A stretch of 64,000 nucleotides of DNA from Candidatus Sulfomarinibacteraceae bacterium. Lineage in GTDB: Bacteria; Acidobacteriota; Thermoanaerobaculia; Thermoanaerobaculales; Sulfomarinibacteraceae. Below the pieces are notes generated by a model. That model was not told the DNA's origin. It searched no databases and saw only the letters and a program-made list of their open reading frames with translations. The number at the start of each line of letters is the position of its first letter. Within the stretch, counting starts at the first letter, position 1. The stretch covers positions 229,859 through 293,858 of the forward strand of contig CAWCLO010000007.1 in assembly GCA_963796455.1 (NCBI GenBank). Direction: 5' to 3'. The position numbers and the translations under genes are program-made. Shown piece after piece: positions 40,256-50,042 of the stretch.

Positions 40256-41974
40256 TTATTGCTCCCTGCGTAGAAACTCTTCGATGTCCCCACAATTTAC
40301 GAGATCAGCGGCGGTGGCGCCTGCCTTGCGTGCCATTTCAAGACCCCATTTCACGTCGTCGAGACCGTCGATCGAATGGGCATCCGGGTTGACCACCAGT
40401 TTGATACCGAGTTCGAGGGCCCGCCGCGCCCACCGCCAATCGAGATCGAGCCGATAGGGGCTGGCGTTGATCTCAACCGCCACACCTGTCTCCGCACAGG
40501 CCTCCAGAATTGACTCGAGATCGACGTCGAAGGACGGTCGGGCCAGCAGCAAGCGGCCGGTTGGATGACCAAGCACCCGACATGAAGGATGCCGCACCGC
40601 CGTCGCGATTCTCTTGGTCTGGTCTTCACGGGTCAAACGAAAACCCGAGTGGACCGAAGCCACCACATATTCGAGACCGGCTTCGCAGCCCTCCGGGATG
40701 TCGAGTGCGCCATCCAAAAGGATGTCCGCCTCGATGCCCTTGATGATCCGGACTGCGGAGTTTCGCTGGTTGAAATCATCGATTCGCCGCCATTGGTCGC
40801 GGAGCCTTTCAGCGTCCAGTCCGTTGGCGTAGGTGGCAACCGGCGAATGATCCGCCACACCGAAATAGGCCCATCCTCTTTCACCGGCCGCCGCCGCCAT
40901 GTCGACAACCGAAGCAGAACCGTCGGAATCGATGCTGTGATTGTGGAGCGCTCCGATAAAGTCGGCCTCCGACACGATCTCCGGCAGCGCATTCCGAGCC
41001 GCCCTTTCGACGTCGTCTGCGAGTTCCCGCATCGAGGGTGGGATCCAGCTACAGCCGAAAGCCTCGAAGAGCTGTTCTTCGGTTGCGAGTTCGAGCCGTG
41101 CGCCGTCGCGCCACAGACCATCTTTCTGGAGATCAAGTCCGTGCGTACGGGCACGACCCTTGAGTGCCGCAAGATGTTCGTCGGACCCGGTGGTCCACAA
41201 CAATGTGGAAGCGGCCATGGATGGAGGCACCACAAAGATCGAGACATCGATCCCGTCATCCGTTGTGGCGCCCCATTCACCAGAATCGACCCGATGGCTA
41301 TTTGCGATCCGTGATTCAATGGCGTTCCCGGCCGTCGCCTCATCTGATGACACGACCACGAGATCGAGACCTCCGACGGTCTCACAGCTGCGGCGAATCT
41401 CACCGGAAAAAATGACTCGATCAATGGAGGGTTCACCAGATATCGCAGCCTCGACCGCTACCGCCATCGCCTGGGCCTCGTTGATGAGTCGCCGCTCCAT
41501 TGACCGTCTTTGAAACCGGATGGCATCGAGCAGTCTGCTCTGGGTCTTTTCGCCAAAACCAGGCAGTTCGACGAGCCGGTTTTCGCGGCACGCGTACTCC
41601 AGCTCTCCGAGGCTCTGCAAGCCGAGATCTTTCCAGACCGCCTGAACCTTTTTTGGTCCCAGCCCGGAGACACTCAGCATGTCGCGGACTCCAGCAGGTA
41701 TTTCCTGTTCCAACTCGGAAACGACCTCCGGGATCCGATCAGATGCCAGATCTGCCAGGACACCGGCCGTGCCTTTCCCGATTCCCTTGAGTTGGAGGAT
41801 CTCACCGTTTGCAATCATCTCTTCGAGATCGCCTTCGATCCTCTCCACAACCCGTGAGGCATTGGTGAAAGCCCGGACCCGGTGGATGTTGTCGCCCCGG
41901 ACCTCCAGGAGGCCGGCGATCCGACGAAGGGTGCGCGCGGCGGTTTTGCGATTGAGCGTCATTTTCTTCCCCAA
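40256..41974 (-). CDS. polX: DNA polymerase X / PHP-domain protein
   Basis: HhH motifs GIGKG, GLGPKK, GFGEKT; TGSDEH; PHP motifs HNHS..SDG, DHS, GHPTGR, PDAH. Confidence 0.9.
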   Translation of the reverse strand: MGKKMTLNRKTAARTLRRIAGLLEVRGDNIHRVRAFTNASRVVERIEGDLEEMIANGEILQLKGIGKGTAGVLADLASDRIPEVVSELEQEIPAGVRDMLSVSGLGPKKVQAVWKDLGLQSLGELEYACRENRLVELPGFGEKTQSRLLDAIRFQRRSMERRLINEAQAMAVAVEAAISGEPSIDRVIFSGEIRRSCETVGGLDLVVVSSDEATAGNAIESRIANSHRVDSGEWGATTDDGIDVSIFVVPPSMAASTLLWTTGSDEHLAALKGRARTHGLDLQKDGLWRDGARLELATEEQLFEAFGCSWIPPSMRELADDVERAARNALPEIVSEADFIGALHNHSIDSDGSASVVDMAAAAGERGWAYFGVADHSPVATYANGLDAERLRDQWRRIDDFNQRNSAVRIIKGIEADILLDGALDIPEGCEAGLEYVVASVHSGFRLTREDQTKRIATAVRHPSCRVLGHPTGRLLLARPSFDVDLESILEACAETGVAVEINASPYRLDLDWRWARRALELGIKLVVNPDAHSIDGLDDVKWGLEMARKAGATAADLVNCGDIEEFLRREQ

Positions 41975-42049
41975 ACTACATTATTGCGCGAGATATGGGT
42001 CCCGATCACCGCGTTTTCGACCCCGTCATGATATATTTTTCCAAGTCCT

Positions 42050-43780
42050 ATGGGCTTTGCAGCACGATTCCGATCCAGCCTGACCTACCCCATCGCAGCA
42101 ACCCTGGTCCTCGTGACCGTGGTGCCGATGGTGCTGGTCGGACTGTTGCTGACAAGCTACAACCGCACCCACCTCGAGACCGTCGAAAAAAGATACCTCG
42201 GCCGCCAGGCTGTCAGCCTGGCCAACGAGATTTCGCTCTTCATGGATGGACACCGGACCCAGTTGGAGAGTACCGCACGTGCTCTCGGCACAGGACGGAG
42301 CATCAATTTCGATTCATCCGAAGCGCTGCTGCAGGGTATCGGCAGCCAACCGGGGTCGGCATTCGTCTATTTGCAGATCCTACCCTTCGCCGCAACCGGG
42401 GCCCAGGCGAAATCTCCGCAACTCAGTCCTGCCTCCTTCGAAATCGTCGATGCGGAGGTTCGTAGCGCGCACGATAAAGCTCTCAAGGGCGAACGCACCG
42501 AAAGCCTGGTCCTCGATCTTCCCGACGGCGACGCGGCCAAAGCTGTTTTCGCCTTTCCTTTGCGCTCACGCAGTCAGGAAATCTGGGGTTCGCTGATCGG
42601 AGTTGTGGATACGCTGGCGCTGCGGCAGAAGATCTCGTCAAATGTCTATGCGGGACTGTTGGTGAGCGTGATTGACGAACGCGGGCGGGTGTTGATTTCG
42701 TCGGAAGAATCTTTTCGCCGAACAACGCTCAGCGGCTCGCCGCTGGTGCAGGGCTTTCTGAACAGCCCGCAGCGGATCACTCTGGCTTATGACCACCCGA
42801 TCGATCCAGATCACGAAGAGGTCCTCGGGTCGGTGGCGCCGGTACGGGGTTTCGACTGGGGCGTGGTGATTGAACGGCCAACCTCCGCCGCCTACGCTCC
42901 GGTTCGAGTTCAACGCAGGCGGACCCTGGGTCTGAGTGCCCTGGCCGCGATGGCCGCTCTCGGAATCGGCTATGTGCTTAGCCGGCGCCTCACCATTCCG
43001 ATCAAGAACCTCGCCACGACATCCTCGGAAATCGCCCAGGGCAACCTCGCCGTCCGCGCCACGATACGGGGCGAGGACGAGGTGGCCCAACTCGGCAGCA
43101 ATTTCAACAACATGGCCGGGAACATCGAGGCCCTGGTTCGACGGCTGAAGCAGGCGCTGCGGCAGAATCAGGAACTCTTCCTCGAGACCATCAAAACCCT
43201 TGCCGCTGCGATTGACGCCAAGGACCCGTACACCCGCGGCCACTCGGAACGGGTGAGTTCGTTTTCGATGGCGATCTCCCGCCACCTGAACATGAATCAG
43301 GAGGAGGTCTTCCGGGTCCACATCGCCGCCATCCTTCACGATGTCGGCAAACTCGGAATTCGCGACGGAATCCTCAACAAACCAGGCGGTCTCTCTGACG
43401 ACGAATTCGAAGTCATGCGCCAACATCCATCCATCGGCGCACAGATCATGAGCCCGATTCGTATGCTCAAGGACATCATCCCCGGAATTCGGAACCACCA
43501 CGAAACCTGGGATGGCACCGGCTACCCGGACAAGCTCAAGGGTGAGGAAATTCCCATGGTCGCCCGCATCATCGGTGTCGCCGACACCTTTGACGCGATG
43601 ACCACCACCCGTCCTTACCAGAAGGCCATGACCCTCGACTATGTTCTTGCCAAGATGCGTTCGATGTCGGGATCACGATTTGATCCCACGGTGATCGAGG
43701 CCTTCGTGGCAGCGGTCGAGGCGGGCGACATCAGCCCGTCATCACAAGAAACAGAGACAGTTTCGTCGGAGGTCTCATGA
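42050..43780 (+). CDS. Membrane HD-GYP phosphodiesterase with Cache-like and HAMP domains
   Basis: KDPYTRGHSERV, LHDVGK, HHETWDGTGYP. Confidence 0.92.
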   Translation: MGFAARFRSSLTYPIAATLVLVTVVPMVLVGLLLTSYNRTHLETVEKRYLGRQAVSLANEISLFMDGHRTQLESTARALGTGRSINFDSSEALLQGIGSQPGSAFVYLQILPFAATGAQAKSPQLSPASFEIVDAEVRSAHDKALKGERTESLVLDLPDGDAAKAVFAFPLRSRSQEIWGSLIGVVDTLALRQKISSNVYAGLLVSVIDERGRVLISSEESFRRTTLSGSPLVQGFLNSPQRITLAYDHPIDPDHEEVLGSVAPVRGFDWGVVIERPTSAAYAPVRVQRRRTLGLSALAAMAALGIGYVLSRRLTIPIKNLATTSSEIAQGNLAVRATIRGEDEVAQLGSNFNNMAGNIEALVRRLKQALRQNQELFLETIKTLAAAIDAKDPYTRGHSERVSSFSMAISRHLNMNQEEVFRVHIAAILHDVGKLGIRDGILNKPGGLSDDEFEVMRQHPSIGAQIMSPIRMLKDIIPGIRNHHETWDGTGYPDKLKGEEIPMVARIIGVADTFDAMTTTRPYQKAMTLDYVLAKMRSMSGSRFDPTVIEAFVAAVEAGDISPSSQETETVSSEVS

Positions 43781-44580
43781 AACGGCTGATTGTTCTGCTC
43801 GTGGGTTTGTTCATTGCATTCGGCCCGGCGCTGGCCACCGCAGGTGGTGAAGCCGCGACAACGGCCGGCAAGAAGAAAAAGAAACAAAAACAGGAAGAAA
43901 CCATTACCGATCCTCTCTATGCTCTGACTCTGATGCGACAGGGATCGGTCATGATTCAGCAGGATCGCGTCGAGGAGGCATTGCAACAGTTTCTCGAGGC
44001 CGACAAACTCGCCCCCGGCAACGCCACCGTCTACAACATGATCGGGCTCTGTCACATGCGATTGGGAGATTTCGACAAGGCGTTGACCGCCTTCGATCAG
44101 GCCATCCGTCTCATCCCCGGTTTCACCAACGCACGAAATAACCGCGGCGCCATCTATCTGGAGATGAAGCAGTACCACATGGCCGAGGTGGATTTTGTCG
44201 CGGTACTCGGCGATTCGACCTATCCCTATCGCAAACAGGTCTTCTATAACCTCGGCATGACCTACCTGGAACGCGACCAGTTCGGTGCGGCGGCGGAGAA
44301 TTTCCGCCGTGCGATCATCCTGCCGGACCCGGTATTCGAGGCCTACCTGAGATTGTCGGAAATTGCCCAGCGACACGGAGAACTGGACTCATCACTGGAT
44401 TTGCTCGAGGAAGCGCGATTCAATTTCCCCGACCGCCTCGAAGTTTCTCTCGAACTCGGGAAACTCCTCTTGATCATGGATCGGGAAGACGAAGCGCGTC
44501 CCTTTCTCGAACAGGTGGTCACAGACGCACCGGGATCCGATTCTGCCGCCACCGCGAGGTCGCTTCTCGGCATCAGCTGA
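43777..44580 (+). CDS. Secreted TPR protein (PilF/PilW-like)
   Basis: Signal peptide and TPR repeats. Confidence 0.8.
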   Translation: MKRLIVLLVGLFIAFGPALATAGGEAATTAGKKKKKQKQEETITDPLYALTLMRQGSVMIQQDRVEEALQQFLEADKLAPGNATVYNMIGLCHMRLGDFDKALTAFDQAIRLIPGFTNARNNRGAIYLEMKQYHMAEVDFVAVLGDSTYPYRKQVFYNLGMTYLERDQFGAAAENFRRAIILPDPVFEAYLRLSEIAQRHGELDSSLDLLEEARFNFPDRLEVSLELGKLLLIMDREDEARPFLEQVVTDAPGSDSAATARSLLGIS

Positions 44581-44627
44581 TTTGCTCCGTCGGATTTGGA
44601 GTGTAGTATCGGGGCGGGGTGCACTGA

Positions 44628-44990
44628 ATGCCGTTCAACTATCTGTTGACCAATCTTCTGGTTGATGTTCCGGCTGCCGTCGGTGCGATATTCGTGGACC
44701 CCGAAGGCGAGGCGGTGGACTGGGTCACCCGCCACTCGGACCCTTTTGATCTCAAGGTGGAAGGCGCATACCACAGCATTTTCATGCGCCAACTCGCCAC
44801 TCTGACCGAGAATGTCGAGGTCGGCCCGATCGACAGCTACATCCTCGAAGGCAGCGAATTGACCACGTTGACGCACGCCCTCCCCGACGGCTACTATGTG
44901 GTGCTTGTCGTCGATCGGAGCGGCTCATATGGTCAAGCACTGCATCGCCTCCGCCATACCGCCGAGGTGATCGCGCGGGAGATCGTCTGA
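44628..44990 (+). CDS. Roadblock/LC7 (MglB-like) protein
   Basis: GAIFVDPEGEAV, YYVVLVV, GQAL..LR. Confidence 0.75.
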   Translation: MPFNYLLTNLLVDVPAAVGAIFVDPEGEAVDWVTRHSDPFDLKVEGAYHSIFMRQLATLTENVEVGPIDSYILEGSELTTLTHALPDGYYVVLVVDRSGSYGQALHRLRHTAEVIAREIV

Positions 44991-45044
44991 ACGACTCCAC
45001 CACAGCGAGCCGATTTGATGTGTCGAGGCTGAGTTGATGGGGGT

Positions 45045-46004
45045 GTGATGGCTCGATCGTTCCTTGGAAAACTTAAACGCGGTCTCTTCATGACCCACAC
45101 CGAATTTCTGGAAAAGACCGGTGAAGCGCTGCGTCGCACCGGTCCCATCGAACCGGCGGTTCTCGACCGCCTTGAAGACGCGCTCATCGCCTCGGACGCC
45201 GGGGTCGAACTCTCGCTACGGCTGGTGGATTCGCTGCGAGCCGATGTTCGGGCCAACCGGATCACCACCAGCGACGAACTCCGCCCGGCAATCCGTACCC
45301 AACTCCTGGAGGTTCTCAATCGAGCAGAAGAGAACACAGCGGCACCTCTTGTGACCGACCGGCCGATGGTCACGCTGCTTGTAGGAGTCAACGGCACCGG
45401 GAAAACAACCACCGCCGCAAAGCTCGCCAAGCGCAAACTCGAGGAAGACACCTCGGTCATCCTCGCGGCAGCCGACACCTTTCGCGCTGCGGCCGTCGAA
45501 CAGCTTCAGGTCTGGGCCGACCGGGTTGGAGTTCCGGTGGTGCACCAGCAACAGGGCGCCGACCCGGCGGCGGTGGTTTTTGACGCGATCTCCGCCGCAC
45601 GATCGCGAAATATCGATCTGGTCCTCGTCGACACCGCCGGCCGCCTCCACACCCACGCAAATTTGATGAACGAATTGGAGAAGGTCAAAAAAGTGGCGGG
45701 CCGTGAGGTGCCGGGAGCGCCCCACGAAGTCCTCCTGGTGCTCGACGCCACCACCGGTTCCAACGGCATCGAGCAGGCGCAAAGGTTCGGAGCGGTCGCC
45801 GGCGTCACCGGTGTGGTGCTGACCAAGCTCGACGGGACCGCCAAGGGCGGTGTGATCCTCGCCATTGCAGATTCGCTCAAGCTCCCTGTACGATGGGTGG
45901 GTGTCGGTGAAGATGCCGACGATCTCCTGCCCTTCGTTGCGGAGGACTTCGTCGATTCGTTGCTCGAACTCGATACCGAGGATGGCGAAGGGGATTCTGT
46001 ATAG
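45045..46004 (+). CDS. ftsY: SRP receptor FtsY
   Basis: GVNGTGKTTT, DTFRAAA, DTAGR, TKLDGTAKGG. Confidence 0.96.
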   Translation: MMARSFLGKLKRGLFMTHTEFLEKTGEALRRTGPIEPAVLDRLEDALIASDAGVELSLRLVDSLRADVRANRITTSDELRPAIRTQLLEVLNRAEENTAAPLVTDRPMVTLLVGVNGTGKTTTAAKLAKRKLEEDTSVILAAADTFRAAAVEQLQVWADRVGVPVVHQQQGADPAAVVFDAISAARSRNIDLVLVDTAGRLHTHANLMNELEKVKKVAGREVPGAPHEVLLVLDATTGSNGIEQAQRFGAVAGVTGVVLTKLDGTAKGGVILAIADSLKLPVRWVGVGEDADDLLPFVAEDFVDSLLELDTEDGEGDSV

Positions 46005-46136
46005 GCTATGTACAACGAGCGGGTGAACTGAATGAGAAGACCAGGACCGGGTGCACCACAACAGGGAGATTCCGTTGATCAGGTCTCTGCACGTGCAGGC
46101 GCCGACCGCCACGGCGATCGTCTTCGTGGATCGTCG

Positions 46137-47252
46137 ATGGACGGCCGGTGGATGGCCAGGGCGCTCGAACTCGCGGCGCTGGGCCGTTTCGGAACTTCTC
46201 CCAACCCCATGGTCGGTGCGGTCGTGCTCGATGCCGACGGATCGAGCGCCGGCGAGGGCTTTCACGCCAAATTTGGTGGGCCACACGCTGAAATTGCCGC
46301 CCTTGCGAATGCCGGAGCCAGGGCACACGGCGGAACCCTCTATGTAACGCTCGAGCCCTGCTCCCACCACGGCAAGACACCCCCATGCGTCGACGCGATC
46401 CTGGCCGCAGGCATCAGCAGGGTGGTCGTTGCGCTCCCCGACCCGACGCCAACCGCCGGCGGCGGAAGCGATCGTCTCCGCGCCGAGGGGGTCGAAGTCA
46501 ATGAGGGCATCGGAGCGGAACAATCACGCAGCCTCAACCGGCGCTGGTTGCACTGGGCGCGTTTTCATCGGCCCTGGGTGACCCTCAAAGCGGCGGTGTC
46601 TTTGGATGGGAAAGTCGCGACCCGCGAGGGCGATTCCATGTGGATCACCGGCAAAGAAGCTCGCACCCGGGGGCTCGAGCTCCGCGAGGAACACGACGCC
46701 ATCCTGGTCGGGGTCGAAACGATTCTTGCCGACAATCCGAGGCTCACCCGTAGACTCGGCCTCAACCCCGCCCAGGGTTGGCGTCGAATCATCCTCGACT
46801 CAAAGCTCCGAACACCTTCCGAGACGATCATCGTGCAGACCGAACCCGAAACCACCCTGATCGCACACACCGTCGAGGCCCCCGTCGAAGACCGGCGACG
46901 GCTCCGCGAAGCGGGTGTCGGAATGGTCGAAATCCGAGCCGGAGATGACGGCCGGGTGGATATCGAGGCCCTGCTCGACGAGCTCGGCAGACGCGAAGTG
47001 GCGGCTCTCCTGGTCGAAGGCGGCCCGACGGTCCATGGCTCATTCAACGATGCCGAACTGGTCGACGAGGTCGCACTCTTCATTGCCCCCATCATCATAG
47101 GGGGCCCCGCCCCTTCGGCGGTGGCAGGACGGGGAATCGCCGCCCTCGAATCGAGCCAGAAACTGCACTTCGAAGCCGTCGAACGCCATGGCAACGATTT
47201 TGAACTTCGAGCGGTTCGACGTGAGGAGACGGATGTTCACGGGTCTGATTGA
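46137..47252 (+). CDS. ribD: Riboflavin biosynthesis deaminase/reductase (start uncertain, 46032 possible)
   Basis: PNPMVG, HAE, TLEPCSHHGKTPPC, SLDGK, VEGG. Confidence 0.94.
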   Translation: MDGRWMARALELAALGRFGTSPNPMVGAVVLDADGSSAGEGFHAKFGGPHAEIAALANAGARAHGGTLYVTLEPCSHHGKTPPCVDAILAAGISRVVVALPDPTPTAGGGSDRLRAEGVEVNEGIGAEQSRSLNRRWLHWARFHRPWVTLKAAVSLDGKVATREGDSMWITGKEARTRGLELREEHDAILVGVETILADNPRLTRRLGLNPAQGWRRIILDSKLRTPSETIIVQTEPETTLIAHTVEAPVEDRRRLREAGVGMVEIRAGDDGRVDIEALLDELGRREVAALLVEGGPTVHGSFNDAELVDEVALFIAPIIIGGPAPSAVAGRGIAALESSQKLHFEAVERHGNDFELRAVRREETDVHGSD

Positions 47253-47868
47253 AACGGTCGGTACCGTAGCCGCGCTGCACCGCAGCGGCGCCGGCGGTCA
47301 ACTGCGGATCGAGGTCCGCTGGCCTGATGACGAGACTCCAAAAAACGGCGACAGCATCGCGATCAATGGCGTCTGCCTCACGGCCATCGATCCAACCGCC
47401 ACGGCATTCGCAGCCGATCTCTCACCCGAGACCCTTGATCGCACCCTGCTCGGAGCATTGGGAGCCGGCAGCCCGGTCAACCTCGAGCGGGCACTCAAGC
47501 TCGGTGACCGGCTCGGTGGCCATATCGTTCAGGGCCACGTGGACACGGTGATCCGGCTGATGAACATCCGGCCCGAAGGAGGTTTTCAACGGTGGCGCAT
47601 GGAGCTCCCTCGAGCCCACGCCGGAGAGGTGGCGAACAAAGGAAGCATCACCCTCAATGGTGTTTCCCTGACCGTGGCGGCACTTGATACCGATTGGTTC
47701 GAGGTCGCACTGATCCCGGCGACTCTTGACGCGACGGTCCTCGGCGGCATGAGCTCAGGCTCGCGTCTTCACCTTGAAACCGATGTCCTGGCCAAATACG
47801 TGGCGCGCCAGACCGGGTCCAAAACCGCCTCGTCCATCGAGGAGATCTTCGGTGGTGGTGGTGCGTAG
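47233..47868 (+). CDS. ribE: Riboflavin synthase alpha chain
   Basis: MFTGLIE, GDSIAINGVCLT, GGHIVQGHVD, GVSLT. Confidence 0.95.
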   Translation: MFTGLIETVGTVAALHRSGAGGQLRIEVRWPDDETPKNGDSIAINGVCLTAIDPTATAFAADLSPETLDRTLLGALGAGSPVNLERALKLGDRLGGHIVQGHVDTVIRLMNIRPEGGFQRWRMELPRAHAGEVANKGSITLNGVSLTVAALDTDWFEVALIPATLDATVLGGMSSGSRLHLETDVLAKYVARQTGSKTASSIEEIFGGGGA

Positions 47869-48871
47869 AATCGAACCTGCCTACCCGGACCTCTTCCCCG
47901 TGACCCATGTCCTGCGACCTGGATATCTTCCCGGACAGCGGGTCGCCCTCGACCCGATCAAACTGGGGGTCGTGTGGGAGGACGCTCCGGCAAGAATACT
48001 CCCGGCTGAGGGCTCGGTGCCGCGCGATCCGGTCCGGGCCATCATCTTCGCCAGGGTCGCCGCAGAACGAAAAGACATATTTCATCGCCTGCTCGAGCGC
48101 GGCAGTTACGCGATGGTGGTGCTGGACGATCCCGAAATCACCCCGTCTGATCTCGGTCTCGATGCCTTTGCGGGCCACCCGAGTGTCACCATGTTGCTGC
48201 CGATTCTGCCCTACCCATTGAGCGACGGCCTGCAACTCCCCGAAGCCTGGAGTGAGGCCGCCTGGGGTGCGGTGCTCGGTCTCTTCCCATTTCCCGGGGC
48301 CGGACCCGAGGTCGAGCGCCGGATCGAACAACTCAAAATGGCCGGCGCTCGTTTCGCCGTCACAGCGCCGCTGTTGTTGACCCCGAAGGACCGCCACCGC
48401 ATCCTCGACGGCTGCGAGGGCACCGGCGTCGAGGAAGAACTCGAAAACTCGCTCTTCCACGCCGACGTCAGTCGCGGCCTGCACGCCCTCGAGCGCACCG
48501 CGGGCGTGACCCTGCACTCGGTGGGCATGGATCCCTTCGTGCCCTGTCTGGTCCCCGCGGGACAGGACGCCAATGCCGTTCGGACCGCCGCCGTTCTGCG
48601 CCTCTGGGCACGACGCCTCGACCAGTGCCACGAAGAAAGCTCCTGGGGATGGCGACTGCGCCGTGCCGCCACCGCTCTCGACCGTCTGAGCAATGACCCC
48701 GCCACCCTGGCCATGGAGGACAATCTGCGGATCATCCCCGGTTTCGATCCCTGGGTCGAGAGCTTCACCCGCGCCGTCTGGTATGGCGGCGAGCCCCTCG
48801 ATTCTGCCTGGCACCTGTGGTCCGGTGTCGACGGCCAACCGAAGAAGAAGAGGCGGAAAACGGATTCTTAG
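47861..48871 (+). CDS. Hypothetical protein, possibly a degenerate SplB-like barrel with a helix-hairpin-helix tail
   Basis: GTG overlapping the ribE stop; long ORF with host-like codon use. Confidence 0.6.
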   Translation: MRRIEPAYPDLFPVTHVLRPGYLPGQRVALDPIKLGVVWEDAPARILPAEGSVPRDPVRAIIFARVAAERKDIFHRLLERGSYAMVVLDDPEITPSDLGLDAFAGHPSVTMLLPILPYPLSDGLQLPEAWSEAAWGAVLGLFPFPGAGPEVERRIEQLKMAGARFAVTAPLLLTPKDRHRILDGCEGTGVEEELENSLFHADVSRGLHALERTAGVTLHSVGMDPFVPCLVPAGQDANAVRTAAVLRLWARRLDQCHEESSWGWRLRRAATALDRLSNDPATLAMEDNLRIIPGFDPWVESFTRAVWYGGEPLDSAWHLWSGVDGQPKKKRRKTDS

Positions 48872-49011
48872 GATCCGGAGTACTCGTTGCCGCCATCATG
48901 CATCAGAAGCCAGATCCTCTCATCGATCTCAAGCCTCAAGCCCCAGGCCCCATGTCCATTCGGGAACAGACGCCGTCTTCAGATGGTTGCAATCCGAAAG
49001 GAGAATTTTCC

Positions 49012-49218
49012 ATGTCAGACAAGGTGTTCAAAAAGATCTCGGTGACCGGGTGTTCAACCGATAGTTTCGAGAGAGCCTGCGAGGTCGCTCTCGAAAAGGC
49101 ATCCGAAAGCCTGCGCGGCGTGTCGTGGTTCGAAGTCAAAGAATTCCGCGGCGGCATGGGCGCCGACGGCAAAGTCGAGTGGCAGGCCACCATCGAGGTC
49201 GCGTTCAAGGTTGATTAG
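49012..49218 (+). CDS. Dodecin (flavin-binding)
   Basis: VFKKISVTG.S..S...A...A...LRGVSWFEVKE.RG...WQ....VAFK; RBS AGGAG. Confidence 0.9.
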   Translation: MSDKVFKKISVTGCSTDSFERACEVALEKASESLRGVSWFEVKEFRGGMGADGKVEWQATIEVAFKVD

Positions 49219-49353
49219 TTTCCGCATCCGAGTCCGGAACGACCAGCGGTCTCTTCGAAGCTGAATGCACCACGGGCGGCCCTATCGGACACGGAAGGGA
49301 ACGCGGGTTCGACTTGCTAGACCCCGCTTTTCAAGGTATCATCCGCCGCGCGT

Positions 49354-49429
49354 GGGGCCGTAGCTCAGTTGGGAGAGCGCAGCGTTCGCAATGCTGAGGT
49401 CGTGGGTTCGATCCCCATCGGCTCCACCA
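49354..49429 (+). tRNA. tRNA-Ala (anticodon CGC)
   Basis: GGGGCCG...CGGCTCCACCA with G3:U70 pair, TAGCTCAGTTGG, anticodon arm CAGCG-TTCGCAA-TGCTG, GGTTCGATCC. Confidence 0.96.
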
Positions 49430-49440
49430 GGCTTCGTTCT

Positions 49441-49783
49441 CGGCCCTTGGACGAGAACGAAGCCTGTCACGGCGCAGCTCCGAGCGAAGCCGGACCGTCC
49501 CGGATCCAACCTGCAGGCCGAAAACTACGCCCTGGCAAGCCAACCTTCCGCCTCGGCCCTTGGACGAGAATGAAGCCTGTCACGGCGCAGCTCCGAGCGA
49601 AGCCGGACCGTCCCGGATCCAACCTGCAGGCCGAAAACTACGCCCTGGCAAGCCAACCTTCCGCCTCGGCCCTTGGACGAGAACGAAGCCTGTCACGGCG
49701 CAGCTCCGAGCGAAGCCGGACCGTCCCGGATCCAACCTGCAGGCCGAAAACTACGCCCTGGCAAGCCAACCTTCCGCCTCGGC
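49441..49783 (+). repeat. 113-bp tandem repeat, 3 copies
   Basis: Units start at 49441, 49554 and 49667; only one C/T difference seen. Confidence 0.95.
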
Positions 49784-50042
49784 GCGACGTTCGGTTTCGA
49801 CCAATGCCTTGGCCAATGCCTGGCTACCGCGACCTTCACCGATGAAATCGACGAAGTTGGCCTGCCGCCGCTCCTCTGCCTCAGCCTCGGTCTCCTTGAG
49901 CCGAGTCGTCTCCGGAACATGAGCGTAGAGCTTGTGCACTTCCTCCTCAACCCGCTCGAGGACGTAGTTGATTTGCTCGGCCGATGAGATCTGCTCCTGC
50001 ACAGCCTCGGTAATGACCTTCTCGACCAGGCGCCGCCGAACG
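49784..50042 (-). pseudogene. Internal fragment resembling the coiled-coil region of a large serine recombinase
   Basis: VRRRLVEKVITEAVQEQI...RQANFVDFIGEGRGSQALAKALVETERR; truncated on both sides; lies next to a tRNA. Confidence 0.55.

Noticed and set aside
46005..46136. FMN riboswitch upstream of ribD
   Set aside because: Conserved RFN motifs were not found
49441..49783. CRISPR array
   Set aside because: Units are 113-bp near-identical tandem copies with no variable spacers; no cas genes in the window
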